From assembly GCA_050084985.1 (NCBI GenBank), contig JBITNC010000001.1, positions 119,908,001-119,972,000 on the forward strand: DNA of 64,000 bases, given 5' to 3'. The notes beneath the pieces were generated by a model, which made no database searches, was not told where the DNA came from, and worked only from the letters and a program-made list of their open reading frames with translations. This stretch comes from Nageia nagi (lineage: Eukaryota > Plantae > Pinophyta). The position numbers and the translations under genes are program-made. Positions 12,767 to 27,180 of this stretch are shown in pieces (position 1 is the first letter of the stretch; each line of letters begins with the position of its first letter).

Positions 12767-15421
12767 TGTTATGAACAAAGTTCCCAAAATAGCATAAAAT
12801 CACCAAAGAGAGAGCTCAACGCATTGAATAAGAGATAAAATCTGTAATAAGCCACTTCGAGGGGGCAACCTCCTTTGTAATAAGCCACTTCGAGGGGTCA
12901 ACCTCCTTTACATCACATCAATTACACAACAATAGACATCCTAAATGATAATACCTCCTTAGTATATATAGGAGTCCAAGGGGTGCCACTACAATGAAAG
13001 GACATTAGCCGACATAACAATAATAATGTAAGGAAATAACAATAACCATAGCCGACCTAACAATAATAATGTAAGGAAATAACAATAACCATAGCCGACC
13101 TAACAATAATAATGTATAGGGACCTAACATGCCCCTCTCCTTCAAAAAATGTTGTCCTCAACGTTTTAGTAGTTCTGGATGCTTCTTTAGAAATTTCTCA
13201 TCTTCCCATGTGGAATATTCAGCCATTGCCATATTTTTACTTTCAACCTTCCTTGCCATCCTAAAAGCCATCTCTAAGGATGTTGGTTCAAATAGATGCA
13301 CCTCATGTTGAATGTTATTCTTTAAGGTTCCATAAAGAGATCCAACAATCTATCATCTGGTATGTCATTCACTCTAAGACTCAACTTTTGAAATTGTTGA
13401 ATGTGCTCCATCACTGAACCTTCTTGCCTTAGATTTGTTAATTGAGTAAAGAAGGAATTATTCTTAACATCCTCATGGTAGGCTATTAGTTCCTCTGTAA
13501 AAATGGACCAAGATATAATAGAACCCTTTTTACATTCACAAAGCCATTGATACCATACAACCTGCTCAGGCTCTAGATACAAGGATGCAATAGTTACTTT
13601 TTATGATGTTAGTACTCGGTATAGATCAAAAAAATGCTCCATTTGAAATATCCAAGTGATGGGGTCCTTTCCATCAAACTTCCTCATGTCTATCTTGGGG
13701 AGTTGGATTCCCCTTGAGAACCATGCTTGACCACTTCCATTATTAGAAGCATATCCTCCTGAATTAGGCTTATTAATGAAGGGTTTATCTCCTTGAATAA
13801 TATCATTATTTTCCTGACAACCCTGGGCCATATCAACATCTTTAGAAATCTTTCCCTCTAGGTTTTGTATGAGTTGAAAAATCTTTTCCATCTTTTGATC
13901 CATATTTTTCAAATCCCTTTTTAATTCCTCCATATCACCCTTTTTTACACACCCTTTAACCAATTCTTCCACTTGGGATATTCAGAAGAATATGTCTTTA
14001 CTTTCTGCTATAGTCATGGATGAACCTTCTAGAGGTCTAGTTGGTGTAGCAATTTTTTTTGGTGGCATTTTGACTAAGTATTCTAGGGGGTCTCCCTATA
14101 TACGCCAGGTACATGGGAGCTTAAATCTGTGATAGTGCTGTCTAATGCACAACCGTTCGAAAAGGGCCCTTGCTAATATACTCGTGGTACATGAGGGAAT
14201 CCTAAAGGACCTCTCTATATACCATGTACGTGCATGAGCATGATGGCCTCTCTATATACTCAAAGGTACGTGAGAGAATCCAACAGTGGCCTAAGCGATA
14301 TACTGCAAGTACGTTGTAGGAGACCACAATTCCCCGAGATGCAGTGCTGGCAAAGTAACGACAGCTCCTATGTTTAAAGATGTTAGAACATGTCTATACC
14401 TACAAGAATCTCCTCTTTCTTCTCTTCCCAATAGCTTTTGAATCAACCCAAATAGACCTTCCAATCAAAATATATGCAAAATTAAAATAAATAAATAATT
14501 GTACCTTTTTAAACCATGATTTGGAGACTGTTCTATTGTCTGACCTTCCAACAGATGTAAATTTGAAATTTTGGCCCTTTAGAGTCTGAAATTTCTACCT
14601 GTGGTAGCCTCAGATGTCTTCTTTTCAATGCCACAAATTTCCTCAAATTCTGATATTCCAAGAGGAAATGACTGCAACTTTCCCAAAATGTGGTAATTTT
14701 TGGATTTTTTAGAAGAGTGAACTTGTACGAAGTGCCTCATGTCACCTATTTATTCCCAAACCTTGAAAATTGTAACAGATAAACTTTAGTCTATAAACTA
14801 ACCAATCCAATAGGTCTCACCTAGTTTGGAGCTGTAAAACTTCAAATATACCCTTTTTAGCTAGAACACCTGTTTCAGACTTGCTTTTGAGACTAGTCAC
14901 AAACCTTAACTTCCCCTGAGTGTAACTTGAAAAATATATCAAATTAGGAGCTAAACTTTGAACTAAAACTTCTTCGATATGTCTTCAAAAAACCCAATAA
15001 ATTTTAGAATCTAAATCCTTATGAAAAAAAATTAGTAGCAAAAATGCCATGATGACTAGTTTTGAGCTGTGAAACCCTAGAATCGTCTGCTCTGGTACCA
15101 AATGTTATGAACAAAGTTCCCAAAATAGCATAAAATCACCAAAGAGAGAGCTCAACACATTGAATAAGAGATAAAATCTATAATAAGCCACTTCGAGGGG
15201 GAAACCTCCTTTGTAATAAGCCACTTCGAGGGGGCAACCTCCTTTAATCACATCAATTACACAACAATAAACATCCTAAATGATAATACCTCCTTGGTAT
15301 ATATAGGAGTCCAAGGGGTGCCACTACAATGAAAGGACACTAGCCGACATAACAATAATAATGTAAGGAAATAACAATAACCATAGTCGACCTAACAATA
15401 ATAATGTATAGGGACCTAACA
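12767..15421 (-). mobile_element. Element D: 2.65 kb internally deleted Ty3/gypsy chromovirus (gag-only, TR-GAG-like)
   Basis: LTRs 15103-15421 and 12767-13129 (TGTTAGG...CATAACA on -); Met-i PBS TGGTACCAGAGC at 15100-15089; PPT GAAGGAGAGGGGCA; TSD ccaaa/ctgaa, both derivable from ccgaa. Confidence 0.92.
13158..14068 (-). pseudogene. gag: gag of element D joined to a chromodomain-like C-terminal tail
   Basis: LPKIDMRKFDGKDPITWIFQMEHFF, LRQEGSVMEHIQQFQKL, then ARKVESKNMAMAEYSTWEDEKFLKKHPELLKR*. Confidence 0.85.
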
Positions 15422-15457
15422 CTGAAATATTCACCTATTTATGATGGATCACCCCTA

Positions 15458-15702
15458 TTATTTTCCTTTGATCCTTGTACCCTCTACATCTTCCATTGAA
15501 GCCTCTATAAGATCCACAACTATGGCATCTTCATCTACATCACCCTCATCATCCCCCATACCCACATCCTCATCTCCCTCAACCTCCATGTTATCCTCAT
15601 CACCTTCTTCCTCATCTTCTCCCTTTGTAGCCGCCTCCATATCCTCATCATCATATAGGCCAAGGGGAAGTGGTCGATGTGCATCCCACCATGCAATGTA
15701 TA
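15458..15702 (-). pseudogene. PMD C-terminal end plus acidic tract of element C's antisense gene (downstream of the B insertion)
   Basis: Joining 24561 to 15702 across B restores in-frame LDVYIAWWDAHRPLPLGLYDDEDME..., followed by a D/E-rich region. Confidence 0.75.
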
Positions 15703-18233
15703 TGTAGATCCTAAATTGTATAAAATATAATTTATAAAAGATATACAATATAAGAAGAGATAGATATGTACACTGTATTAGATATAATAAATATACATAA
15801 TAAGCATGCACATGATATGAAGTGCATGTACAATCCTTAATAGTAAATAGCAATGAATCTTTAAAGGATTGGGATTTGATTGGAGGCAAGTTCATAATGG
15901 ATCTTTACATGTGCGAATTTATATCCTCAACTACCAACATTTGGAATTCTTCATCCTCAAGATGTACATTGCTAAAAGCATTGAATATGCAGAATTATGA
16001 AGTGTACTAAATATAAAAAGTTACAAAGCTCATAGTATAATAATTTATTATAATAATAGGCATTGAGAGACACCATTTCATGATGAATATTATGGTAGAC
16101 AACCACCTATCATATATCTTGTCATATCAAAGAGTTTTGATTTATGGAGGTTAACCTATTCCACTTACATATATAGCCTACAAGGACATAGAATGGAGTG
16201 AAGGTTGACCTCTAGCAATAACATAATCATTATTGTATTCAAGATACTTTAAAATATGAACCATGATAAATGATATAGCATTTAATTTAACACATGGCAT
16301 TGCATTGTAATATCAACTTTATCTTGACATTTGTAATGTTGCAATAAGTTATTTAGGAAGTCTAAATATGATTTATTAAATAATTAATAAATCATTTTAG
16401 GCATCTACATTTTGTCCTCTTTGAATGTGAAATGAAAAGCAGTGAAATTGCATAATCCAAAGAAGTTTAGAGAAGAGAAGAAAATTTTCAATAGTAAAGT
16501 GGACTTTCCTTTTTTGATCAATATGCTAAGTATGATATCTTATGCCCCCTTTTGGTCTTATATTGACCTTTGTTATAGATTCTTCAAGGAATTAAGCCAA
16601 AAAATAGAATCCCCGTATAAGGAGAGCACCTCTATTTGGGTCCTACTTTCTCATATAATACCTTTTTGAGAATAATTCAACATAATACCCACATAGGTCA
16701 CATCCAATGAAAGAATAATCAAGTTAAATAGCAAGGATGAAATAAATATAATATCCATTATGTCACTATGGTCATTGAGACACATAGCTCTATTGAACCA
16801 TGATTATCAAACTGATGAGGTCCTTTGATGCCCCAAGCTTTGAATAACCTGCAATTTGTAAGAGATTTTGCTCATGGAGTAACCATGGTCTTGACAACAT
16901 TTGTTAGCATAACATTGAATTATTATCCATCATTGAGATAATTTCATTATGGTTCCATAAAAAGTACCAAATATTCAAATATTCATTAGCCTTACTTGCA
17001 TATTTAACAACATTGAATTGACTAACTTTATTGATTTTCAAAGTAACATACACTATTCACAATGTTATTTTCATAGAATTTCATAACCATGTCTTTTGCA
17101 ATTTTGTTCAACATTTCTATTATAGTGCATATTTGTGAAATAATGTCATTTTCAAATAGATATTCAAGGATTTATAGCATTTCTAATTTGCAATGAATGT
17201 ATAATATACACATGCCTTTAACAACATCGATATAGTAATATTAGATCTATAATTTTGAATCACCATCAATTAGCAGCAAGCATAATCATTTTGCACCATG
17301 AAATTTGTAAAGTATCATTTCCATATAACATAATAATTTTTGCACAAGCACTATTTTGACCCTATATACCTTTGGTCTATGCATCAACCATATCATGATA
17401 TTCTTAGCCATTTTGAACTTTTAAAATCATGATAACATTTTCGATATTTGAAAGCATCCATAACTTTTCTTTAATCATGCTTTTGACAACGTGCAAATAA
17501 CAAAATTGATCTTTTGGATAAAGAGCATATGCAATTAGTATTAAGAAATTATAATTCAGATATGCAACATTTCAAAAATATGTGTGTATAGAAATCAAAA
17601 TTTTGCACATGCATTTAATTAAATATGATTTACAATTGAAAATTTCACCTTTACCATCATATAACATCTATTTTGGATCAACAAAAATAGAATTTCAATC
17701 CAGCACTTAAATCATTTGCCAATTTTACATAAAGCACACTGTTAATGATGTCCATTCAATATAAATAATCATAAAAAATAGAACATAATCAATTTCCTTA
17801 CAAATGCATAATATAAAGATTGAATATCATTATATTCACCATTTTTTATCATCATGCATTGGAATGTATGTTAATTTTATGTTTTGGATGCCATTGATGG
17901 CATGGAATTAGTATAATTAGTTTTTTAAAAAGAAATTTCTACAAATTAAAATATTTTCCTTTATTTTTCCCCTATCATCTATCATTTTTTAAGCAATAAT
18001 TTTGATATTTTAAAAGGGGAACATTTAAGTTAGGGTTAGGGAAAAAATCGAATAAAAAATGATTTTAGCATTAACTTTTGATCATTTTGCCTTGTCATTT
18101 TCTTTTCCTTGGAACTTTGTGAGTATTATTTCTTCTAACTTGACACCTTTGTTTGACTTCCTTTCCCTATCTATTGATTTGCCTTTGAGGTCCTTGCCCC
18201 TAGCTATTGGATTTTTTCACTTGTCTGGCTGAG

Positions 18234-20430
18234 ATGGTAGATGACAAGTGGTGTGTGGTAGAGAGGTCATTGATTAGACATAGGGGGCACATCATTGAGT
18301 ACCTACAAAGCCTCCTATATGACCATGCAATTAGTATTTTTCCTATTCTTTTTGTTTTTCATTATGAAATTTTAACTATATTTTATTTTATGGAAAACTT
18401 TAGGGTTTCCTTCCTTACCATTTTTCCTTCGTGTTGCCCTAATCAAAACCATTTTGCATCTTCTTTTCACTATTTACTAAATTTTCATAGTACCTATAGT
18501 CATTTTGGTTTTCTTATACATTGAATTTAATTATTTATTATTGATGACATGAATTTTTGGTTTTTGATTTTGCATGATCGTAAAGTTAGCATTAGGGGTG
18601 GAGCCATGTCCATGGCTGCATTGGAGAAGGCCAAGGAATGGCCTAGGAGGAACCATGAGGATGATATCCTCATGCATTTAGGATTGAAAAATATTTCCAT
18701 TGCTGATCATGTGCAACATGATCATCCACTTCTTACAACTCTAGCTGAGCATTAGGACTAGGAGACCAATAGCTTTCACCTACCCCCAAGTGAAATGGCA
18801 ATGATTCTTCTAGATGTGTATAGGAGTTCGAAAATTCCTATACATGGTCAGCTAGTCCATCATGTCAAGATTACAAACAATAAGGATAGGCAATGGGATG
18901 AAGTGTGGTTGATAGGGGAGGAGGACCATGATTAGGAGCATAAGGCCTCCCACTTGAACGAAGCATGCAAGTTTGCTTCTCCAACCAGACACCTGAGGCT
19001 TATTATTACCTCCATCATTTGCACATATCTATGCTTAGAAAAGAGTAGTTTGATGTTTCCTTTAGGGATGGTATAGATAGTGTAGGATATTTATGCTAGG
19101 GGCACAAGGTATGATTGGGCTCTTATTATTTTAACTCAACTCTATAGGGATTTACATAATTTTATTTATGTGGATAAAATTAACATCATTATTGCTCATG
19201 ATAGTTTACTATAAGTATGTACATATGAGAAGATAATTATTATTCAATTGGTTGGATTCTAGAGGGATAGGGAGGACCCAATAGATATTTCCATGACCTA
19301 ATAGGTGTCAAGGTTGCATGAATATAAGTATCCACACTCACTAGCAACGAGGTAGTGGGAGATCGATAGACTCCAACTAGAAGACCTAGTATGGGTCTCC
19401 TATGTAGACTTTGTTTAGGATGAGGATGCCTACTAGCTTTCCTAGGTGAGGTAACCATGCTTCCTTTAGAACCAAAGGAAGCTTGTAGAGCCATACCTGC
19501 CATAACATGTTCTAAGGTAGTTTGGGATTTGATAAGGGATTCCACCTACGCTGATATATTACATTCAGTAGAGGGACAAGAGGGATGCTCCACTAGGAGC
19601 TTATATTATGTCATCTTGGGTTAACACATGGGAGAAGCCATGCACCCTGGACCCTATAGAGGTACATCCATGGCTTTAGGTATTGTGAGGGGGTTCATGA
19701 TATGGTGGGACATGGTTAGACTAGCCCCACTTGGGATGAATGAGGATGAGGAGATGGATACTGCTCCTTTGAAGATAACTTTTGTAAAGAAAATGTAGAA
19801 TATCGATAATCCTATGCATGACATTCTGGTACATGAGTAGCCATCAATTCCAACTCTAGGGTTACATACTTTGGTTGAGGTTGTTCCACTTGTCTCAATA
19901 GGTAAAACCCTATGAAATACTTATAAGTTTATGATTTTTTGACTTTTTTGATTATTATGGATGGAAAACAAACTAACATATGACCTTTATGCATTCTACA
20001 GGAGAGACAACTACTTGGACTACTACCCTAAAGGTAGAGATTAAGAGGCTGAAGCCTTTTGAGGTTAGGGTTCCTAACTTGGAATCATAACTATTCGCTC
20101 TTCAATCCATGCTTGAAGTTGGGGATGCTTAGATAGCATCTATGGATCAATCATTGAAGAGGTTACAAGAGCGAGTGGATATGCCTCCATCTAATGAGAG
20201 ATGGGATTTTATTCAACAACTCATGGACAAGATAAAAAAGAGAGACAAAGATATTATAGCTATGAGGAGCAAGTATGAGAGGGAAAAAGCAATAATGGCC
20301 TCTCATGGGATTAGTTCTAGTGATTTATCAGGTGGGATATCCATTTCAGAATAGAGTAGTGGTTCTAGGAGGGTATCTAGGCCTAGTGAGGCAAGGAGTA
20401 GTGGAAGTAGTGCACACCACTAGGTTGTAT
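18234..20430 (+). pseudogene. Plant Mobile Domain (PMD, PF10536-like) gene antisense to element B, intron-containing, degraded
   Basis: LTTLAEH*D*ETNSFHLPPSEMAMILLDVY (~18735-18822) matches the PMD ERWxxETxTFHLPxGEMTITLxDV motif; YDWALIILTQLYRDL (~19110); GT..AG intron 19902-20001; coiled-coil-like last exon (ORF 20142-20354). Confidence 0.8.
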
Positions 20431-20460
20431 TTTAAGACATGGTTCCACCCCATTTTGATC

Positions 20461-20514
<54 letters not shown>

Positions 20515-20540
20515 ATATATCTTGTGTGTGTGTGTGTGTG
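20461..20540. repeat. Compound (TA)n/(TG)n microsatellite
   Basis: Seen directly. Confidence 0.9.
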
Positions 20541-21469
20541 ATTCTTTTTTGCTCCTAATTATGTGTACAATTTTGAATGTTTATTCACTTTTTGTTACTT
20601 TGTGTATTTTGAATTAATGGTTTACTTGCTTATATAATTTTACTTATATAATTTGTGTTTGGAATTTCAAAGCATAAGTTCCAAATTTTGTTAGCAACAA
20701 ATCATGTATACTCATTAACATTTTAATTTGCAACACTAAATAAAAATTCAACCTATGAAATAAATGCAATAACATAATAAATCTAATGAACACACTTATA
20801 TCAATGTATAACCCATATTCAATATCATTGCTTAATTCAATTTCATAAGTAAACTAAAAACATGATCCCTTATTTGCAATACATACATAATTTCGAACAT
20901 GATCGATTTTTTTTATTTTAACGAGCTTAAGAACTGATAGCATGCATTTAAAACATTTCAACAAACTCTAAGGAAGAAATATATACTATTATTTTTTATT
21001 TGGGTCTAGTGGACGTATATCGTTAACGACATAAAAATAGTCGCACATTACTAACGACATGGGTTTTGAAGGATTTGAAAGAAAAATATATGGAATCTAC
21101 CTAGGAGACCAAGAAAACCATGACATGACTATTATGACAATGCAATATACCCCCTTGACCATGCAGAAAGAACATACCTATGATACATTATAATTTTTTA
21201 TTTTTCCAATTTTAAGAAATAAATTTGCATACATGGGATGGTTTAGCAATACATATACATTTTGCAGATGCAAGAACAAAAATAGGTGCCTTTTTAGTGG
21301 TGTATTTTACACCATTGATAGCATCCAAATAGTTTTTCATGTCATTAGCAGCATTCGTTTTGTAAGCTTCACCACGATGTTTTGTTCTTGCTTCATAGCA
21401 GATCTTATTTACTTATTTTTGATGTTCCCTACATTCATTCTTATTAGGGAAATAATAATTCATGCAATG

Positions 21470-23684
21470 TGAAGTACTTACTGAACCAATGAAGCCTTTT
21501 GGTTATTGAGTTACCTTTGGTAAGGGATTTGTAAATATCTCCAACTATTCGTTATCAGGATGTATAGGTGTTTCTTCTACTTCAAGATTATCATCCATCC
21601 AAATTGCTTTATTGTCAATAAAATCTTGAATAATATTTCAAAAGATCCTGCAAATTTTTGTTAGGTTCCTTGGTGTCCTATGATAATTGTAAAATTCTTT
21701 TTATCTATAATTTTTAGGAACACCATTAGGAAAGTGATTCTAAACCATATGTGGAAGCTCAATAAGCTCTTTGTTTAATAACACATTAAGAATATTATCA
21801 ACAGTATCAATTAGCTTAGTAAACTTCCTTTATGATCTAGTTTGTTTTTTTATCAACATGAATTGTAGCATACACTTGAGATTTTTCTTTCTTTTCATTT
21901 ACTTGAGTTTTAAATTTCTTTTCATATGTTTGAGATTTTGGATAACATTTCTTATAAGTTTGCTTGATACAATTTTCCCTTTTAAGCAAAATATCTATCA
22001 TTTCAGCTAATGTCAATTCAATATTAGATACAACCCATAATTTGTACATAGGCAATAAAGCATTTGCAAAAGTATTATTTAAATCTTGTTCATACATAAA
22101 GATTTTATTTGCAGTTTATTTCCATACTTTCACAAAATCAAGCATAGATTGACTAGGCAATTGCTTAATTTTACACAAATCCTTGAATTGAATATTTTTT
22201 GTGATATTATATCTAAAGTTTTTAAAAATTTTATGTATCAAATCTTTATACCTATCAATACTCTTTTCTGGGAGACTAAATTACCATTTCAATGCATCAT
22301 CTTTCAAGTTGCTACTTGAAAACAATTTTGCAAGCATATCTCTATCATGAACATATTCAATAGCTTCTTCTTGAAATTTTCTAACATACATTTTTGGATC
22401 TTGTAAACTATTAAATTTTGTAAATTTCACACTCTTTTTACCAACAAACAACTTAGAAATAATTCTATCAGTTAATGGATGCTTTAAGAAACATAAAAAA
22501 TTATTTTCATTATCCATATGCATATCTTTTTCTAAGTTTTGAATCCTTTCATGCACTCTATTTCCATTATTGGCACTATAGGAGGTTGTTTTGGTTATTG
22601 GTTTTGCACTATAGGCTTATTAACTATAGGTATATTGATAGTAAAAGCTAGTGGTGGGGTTTGTAGTGGTGGATTGCTATTTTGAGAGGTTTGTTTATTT
22701 GTTTTTTTCTCTTCTAAGTTCAGACTCTTTTATGGGCACAAATGGTCCAATCCTATGTATTCTTCCATGCTCAAGTTTATCAATAAATTATAACATAAAG
22801 TGTAATTGTTGTTCCTCATCAACCTTTTAAAAATAATCAATTTCTTAAGCTTTGTAAATAACTTCAACTTTTATTTCATGCTCCTCTTTTGACCAATTAG
22901 GATTATGTAAATAAGCATTATTAATCACAACAAAAACTTGTTTAGCAATATCTTCTATAATTTCATCATTAACCAAAATGCCCTTACCTTTGTCCTTATT
23001 AGAACACTTAGGAATCATACCTATATTATGATCTTTAGAATGGGTTATGGAGGGTTCAAACTCTACTTCACTCTCCTTGTTGACATCCTCAATGATCATC
23101 TCTTTCAGGGATTCAATATCCATTGCTTCCACACTGTTAGAGGAGTGCATATAGTCCATATCATTAATGATGTTTTTCTTGGTGGTAGAAGCCCTCTATT
23201 TTTTGGGCCTTGCATGTTCATAAGAAAATAAACTATCTAATAATTATGGAGTTGTTGTACTCGCTTATAATAACTCATAATTTGTTAGAATATTTATAAC
23301 CTCTTCAAGATTGCTAGTATGATAATATTCTAACTTTTCTTTATGAGGTAGCAACTCATTTATTAATATAACATGGCTAGGAATTCTATCTAATTCTTCA
23401 ATTTAAGCATCACTATTACAAGTATCACCATGGCTTCCCAAACTTACATTATCAAAATCATAATCAATAAAAGATGTATTAACCTTATTAGGGGTTTTTC
23501 CAATAATATCCATTCTTTAACTAGAACTTGTAGATTTAGTATCATTATACTCATTAGTATCTATTCTATTATTGGGATTTGGCTCTCGTATAAGTAAATC
23601 AAGGTTAGTCCTAATACTTCTCCTGATCTCATTAAAATGAAATTTACTTCTAAAAACCCTAGGTTGTTTTCATTCAAATTCATC
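21470..23684 (-). pseudogene. gag: gag of element B, degraded
   Basis: ORFs 22281-22556 (KFNSLQDPKMYVRKF...MLAKLFSS...DDALKW), 21837-22097 and 22845-23159; knuckle remnant YNYHRTPRNLTKIC at ~21650-21695. Confidence 0.85.
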
Positions 23685-24555
23685 TTTAGAATATAAGCAG
23701 AACAAATCCTAGTCTCATCATTTTCTCAAGTTATTACTCTAAGCACCTCGAGTAAGGGAAGAGATAATAACATGAATGGATTCATGACCCCTAATAAGGG
23801 ATACCCTATAATGGAATCTAGGTGTGTAAGAATGTTAGATTCACCAAAATATAGACCCTAAATTATGTAAAATACAATTTATAAATGATATACAATATAA
23901 GAAGATATATATGTACACTATATCAAATATAATAAATATACATGAAAAGCATGCACTTGATATGAAATGTATGTACAATCATTAACAATAAATAGTAATG
24001 AATCTCTAGAGGGTTGGGATTGGATTGGAGGCAAGTTCATAATGGATCTTCACATGTGCAAATCTATAGCCTTAGCCATCAAAATATGGAACCCTCGATC
24101 TTTAAGATGCATACTATTAACAGTGTTGAATATGCAAAATTATGAAGTGCACCAAAGATAGATAGTTTCAAAGCTCAGAGTATAAAAATTTCTCATAATA
24201 GGTGGCTTCAAGAGATACCATTTCTTGATGAAGTTTACGATAGACAACTATCTATTAGATATCTTATCATATCAAGGAGTTCCAATATGTGGAGATCAAC
24301 CTATTCCATTCGCATATATAGCCTGCAAGAACATAGAAAGGAATGAAGGCCAACCTCTAACAATAACATAATCATTGTTGTATTCAAGATACTTTAAAAT
24401 ATGAACCATGATAAATGATATAACATTTAATTTAACACATGGCATTACATTGTAATATCAACTTTATCTTGATATTTGTAATATTGTAATAAGTCATTTA
24501 GGAAGTCTGAATATTATTTATTAAATAAATAATAAATCATTTTTAGGCATATAGA

Positions 24556-25700
24556 ATATACATCTAATAACTATGTCACTATGGAATCATTAACATAAAA
24601 TCCTAAGCCATCATCATATGGGGAGACTAATTCATGTTCCAACAAGGTACTACCTCATAATTAGATGGGTCTAATACATATATAACACATACTCAAATCA
24701 TGATATGATATAAAGGAGGTATCACCTACTCACAATCCAATTAATTAAGCATCATATGGTTGGGCTTGTATGGCTCAATGAATATATTTCTTGTTTGGAG
24801 ATAGTAAGGAGTTCACTTCCAACTTAGTTCATAAGTGCTCTCATCCCATGTTGGATGCCCATATAGTTTATACAATACATCATCAAGAACCAAAATATTA
24901 GCAACATTCTACCATTATCCCAAAAAAGTATGTACATATAATACCCTATGACATATGGCCTACGAACACCAATTTAGAAGATCATCATACTTGATATCTA
25001 CAAGTAACTCAGGTGGTAGAAAGATTAATATATGCTCATATGTCCAACATTAAAGAACATATGTATGAGCTATTCTCCTCCCATTCTTCATCACAAACAC
25101 AAAATTATACAAGTCATGATAAATATGGGCAAGTATGCAAGAGATCCAAGCAAATTTATCCCCCTTCACCATCATCTTCAGTACATGGATCAAGGCATAA
25201 GAAAAGACTTCATGATTCTTATGAGGATATTTAATATTGTTTATGCATGAAATTGTGATCAATCTCATATATCTCTTATGTGTAGGCCTCTTTTGAATAA
25301 CTTTATGGATAAAGGCACCTTTCTTGATGATATGAAAGTCATCATAACCTATTAACCACTTGGCATCTTTTCCCATACTAGTCATAGTAAGATTATCCTT
25401 CATGCACATGAAATTCTTGTTCATAGGAACCCTTAAGATTCAAAGAATATCCTCCAAGGTTATAATAATTCACTAGTATGTAGGTGAAATGTATTAGTCC
25501 TTTCAAACCACTATTTGAACATAGTTGTTAACAAGTATTTATCCACACATACATATGAAGCCTCAAGTAAATACCCCACTCTTGAACTCATAAATAAACC
25601 AAGATCATATCTTCAAATCAAGTCCTAATAGTTTCCCAAATCTTGCTTTATGTATCTACAACTACAACATGTGATTAGGCCTACCAAAACATTGAAGACC
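24556..25700 (-). pseudogene. PMD core of element C's antisense gene
   Basis: LLTTMFK*WFERTNTFHLHTSEIIITLEDIL*ILRVP (~25535-25425), KFAWISCILAHIYHDL (ORF 25050-25424), L*CWTYEHI. Confidence 0.8.
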
Positions 25701-27009
25701 AAAGGTAACTATGCATATTTATATTATTAAATTTTTTTTTTCATCATTAATTATATAAATGAAGGCAAAACATGGTTATTTATTTATAACATAAAGGGAA
25801 TGCTTATTGTACTCCAAATTTCAATGTTGGGAAGCAATGCATCTATTAAGATCCTTGTGTGTGACCTTGATCACTACCTTGATATTTTGGTGTAATGATT
25901 TGTTATATTTAGTATTAGATCTTACATCACATGTTCAAGTTGCAGAGCGGGAGGCCAGAGTCTCATGCATGGGAGAGGAGTGGAGTAGCCTACCTAGAGT
26001 ATGGGCTATGGAGTGTGGTGGAATGTTAAGATCCTTATTGGTGGCCTTAACCACTACCTCAGGGTTTTAATGTAATAATTCATTACAACATTATAGTATT
26101 AACATTGGCCATCTTTGAGCATAACTAATGAAAATTACCATGAACCATTTACACATAAAACTAATAATTCAAAATTGATCTTATCAAAAACAAACTACCC
26201 TAAATGCAAAAAAGGGATAATACATAGGGTTTGACATGATTTTGATATTTAAGACTTGATTTCACTAGTATTTTCTTAAATAAACTTGAATTTCACCATG
26301 AAACAAGGTATGGACTACAACATTGGGGCTTTAAATACTCACCATATAAGATGAATTAGGATTTGAACACAACAAATAGGCTTGATGACTAACATGCTCC
26401 AATATCCTTGTGCCCATAACTCAAAATCACACAAACACATAAGATAGATCAATCAAAAACTTGAGATAACTCTCACAATAGGATCACATCTCAAAAAGAC
26501 TCAAAGCTCTCAAATCAAGATACATAATAAATGAAAAGAACTCCAAACCTTTTAAACCAAAACTAAGATACAATGTTCAAGATAAACCCTATTTTTAATA
26601 TGATTCAATGTTATTTCATCTCGGATCACACCTATGAGATCTCCATGGTGAGACAAGGCATTTGACAAAAAAATCACATCAAAAGATCAATAAACACTAG
26701 TGTTAATGCTACTAAAAATATTATCACTAGAATATTAAGGGATAAATTAAAATATTTTTCAAGTTTCTCAGATGCAATCATAGGAAAAATTCAAAACTTC
26801 AAATTTTAAACATAAAGGATAAAAGTAGTACAAAGTAGGATTATAGGTTTGCAAATGTCTTATATCATTAACATTGGAAGAAAATATCATATAAAGCAAA
26901 TCATTAAAAGAAAAAAACCTGGGGGCATGACCTCAAGCACCTCAAAGTAAGTTTTCTTATCTATTTCAATGTACAATATTATGTTTACTAGTTTAAAGGA
27001 TTTCAAAAT

Positions 27010-27180
27010 ATCTTTGAAGTTCTCATGTTCAAATTTAAATGTTCTATAATTTCTATGTGTTCAAATGATCTCATGCTTACATGATTTTAAAGTTATCTAT
27101 GTTTACATATTCTCTCACATGATTTTAAAGTTCTATATGTGCACATATTCCCATGCTCACATGATTTCAAAGTTCAAATG
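27010..27180. repeat. Short ~40-bp degenerate tandem repeat (atgattttaaagttctatatgt...ctcatgctcac)
   Basis: Three to four copies visible. Confidence 0.6.

Larger units (their letters stand above)
15703..24555 (-). mobile_element. Element B: 8.85 kb pol-less Tat/Ogre-like LTR element with antisense PMD gene
   Basis: LTRs 23850-24555 (5') and 15703-16409 (3'); PBS TGGTGAATCTAACAT at 23846-23832; PPT AAAGAGGACAAAA; TSD gtata (15698-15702)/atata (24556-24560). Confidence 0.9.
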
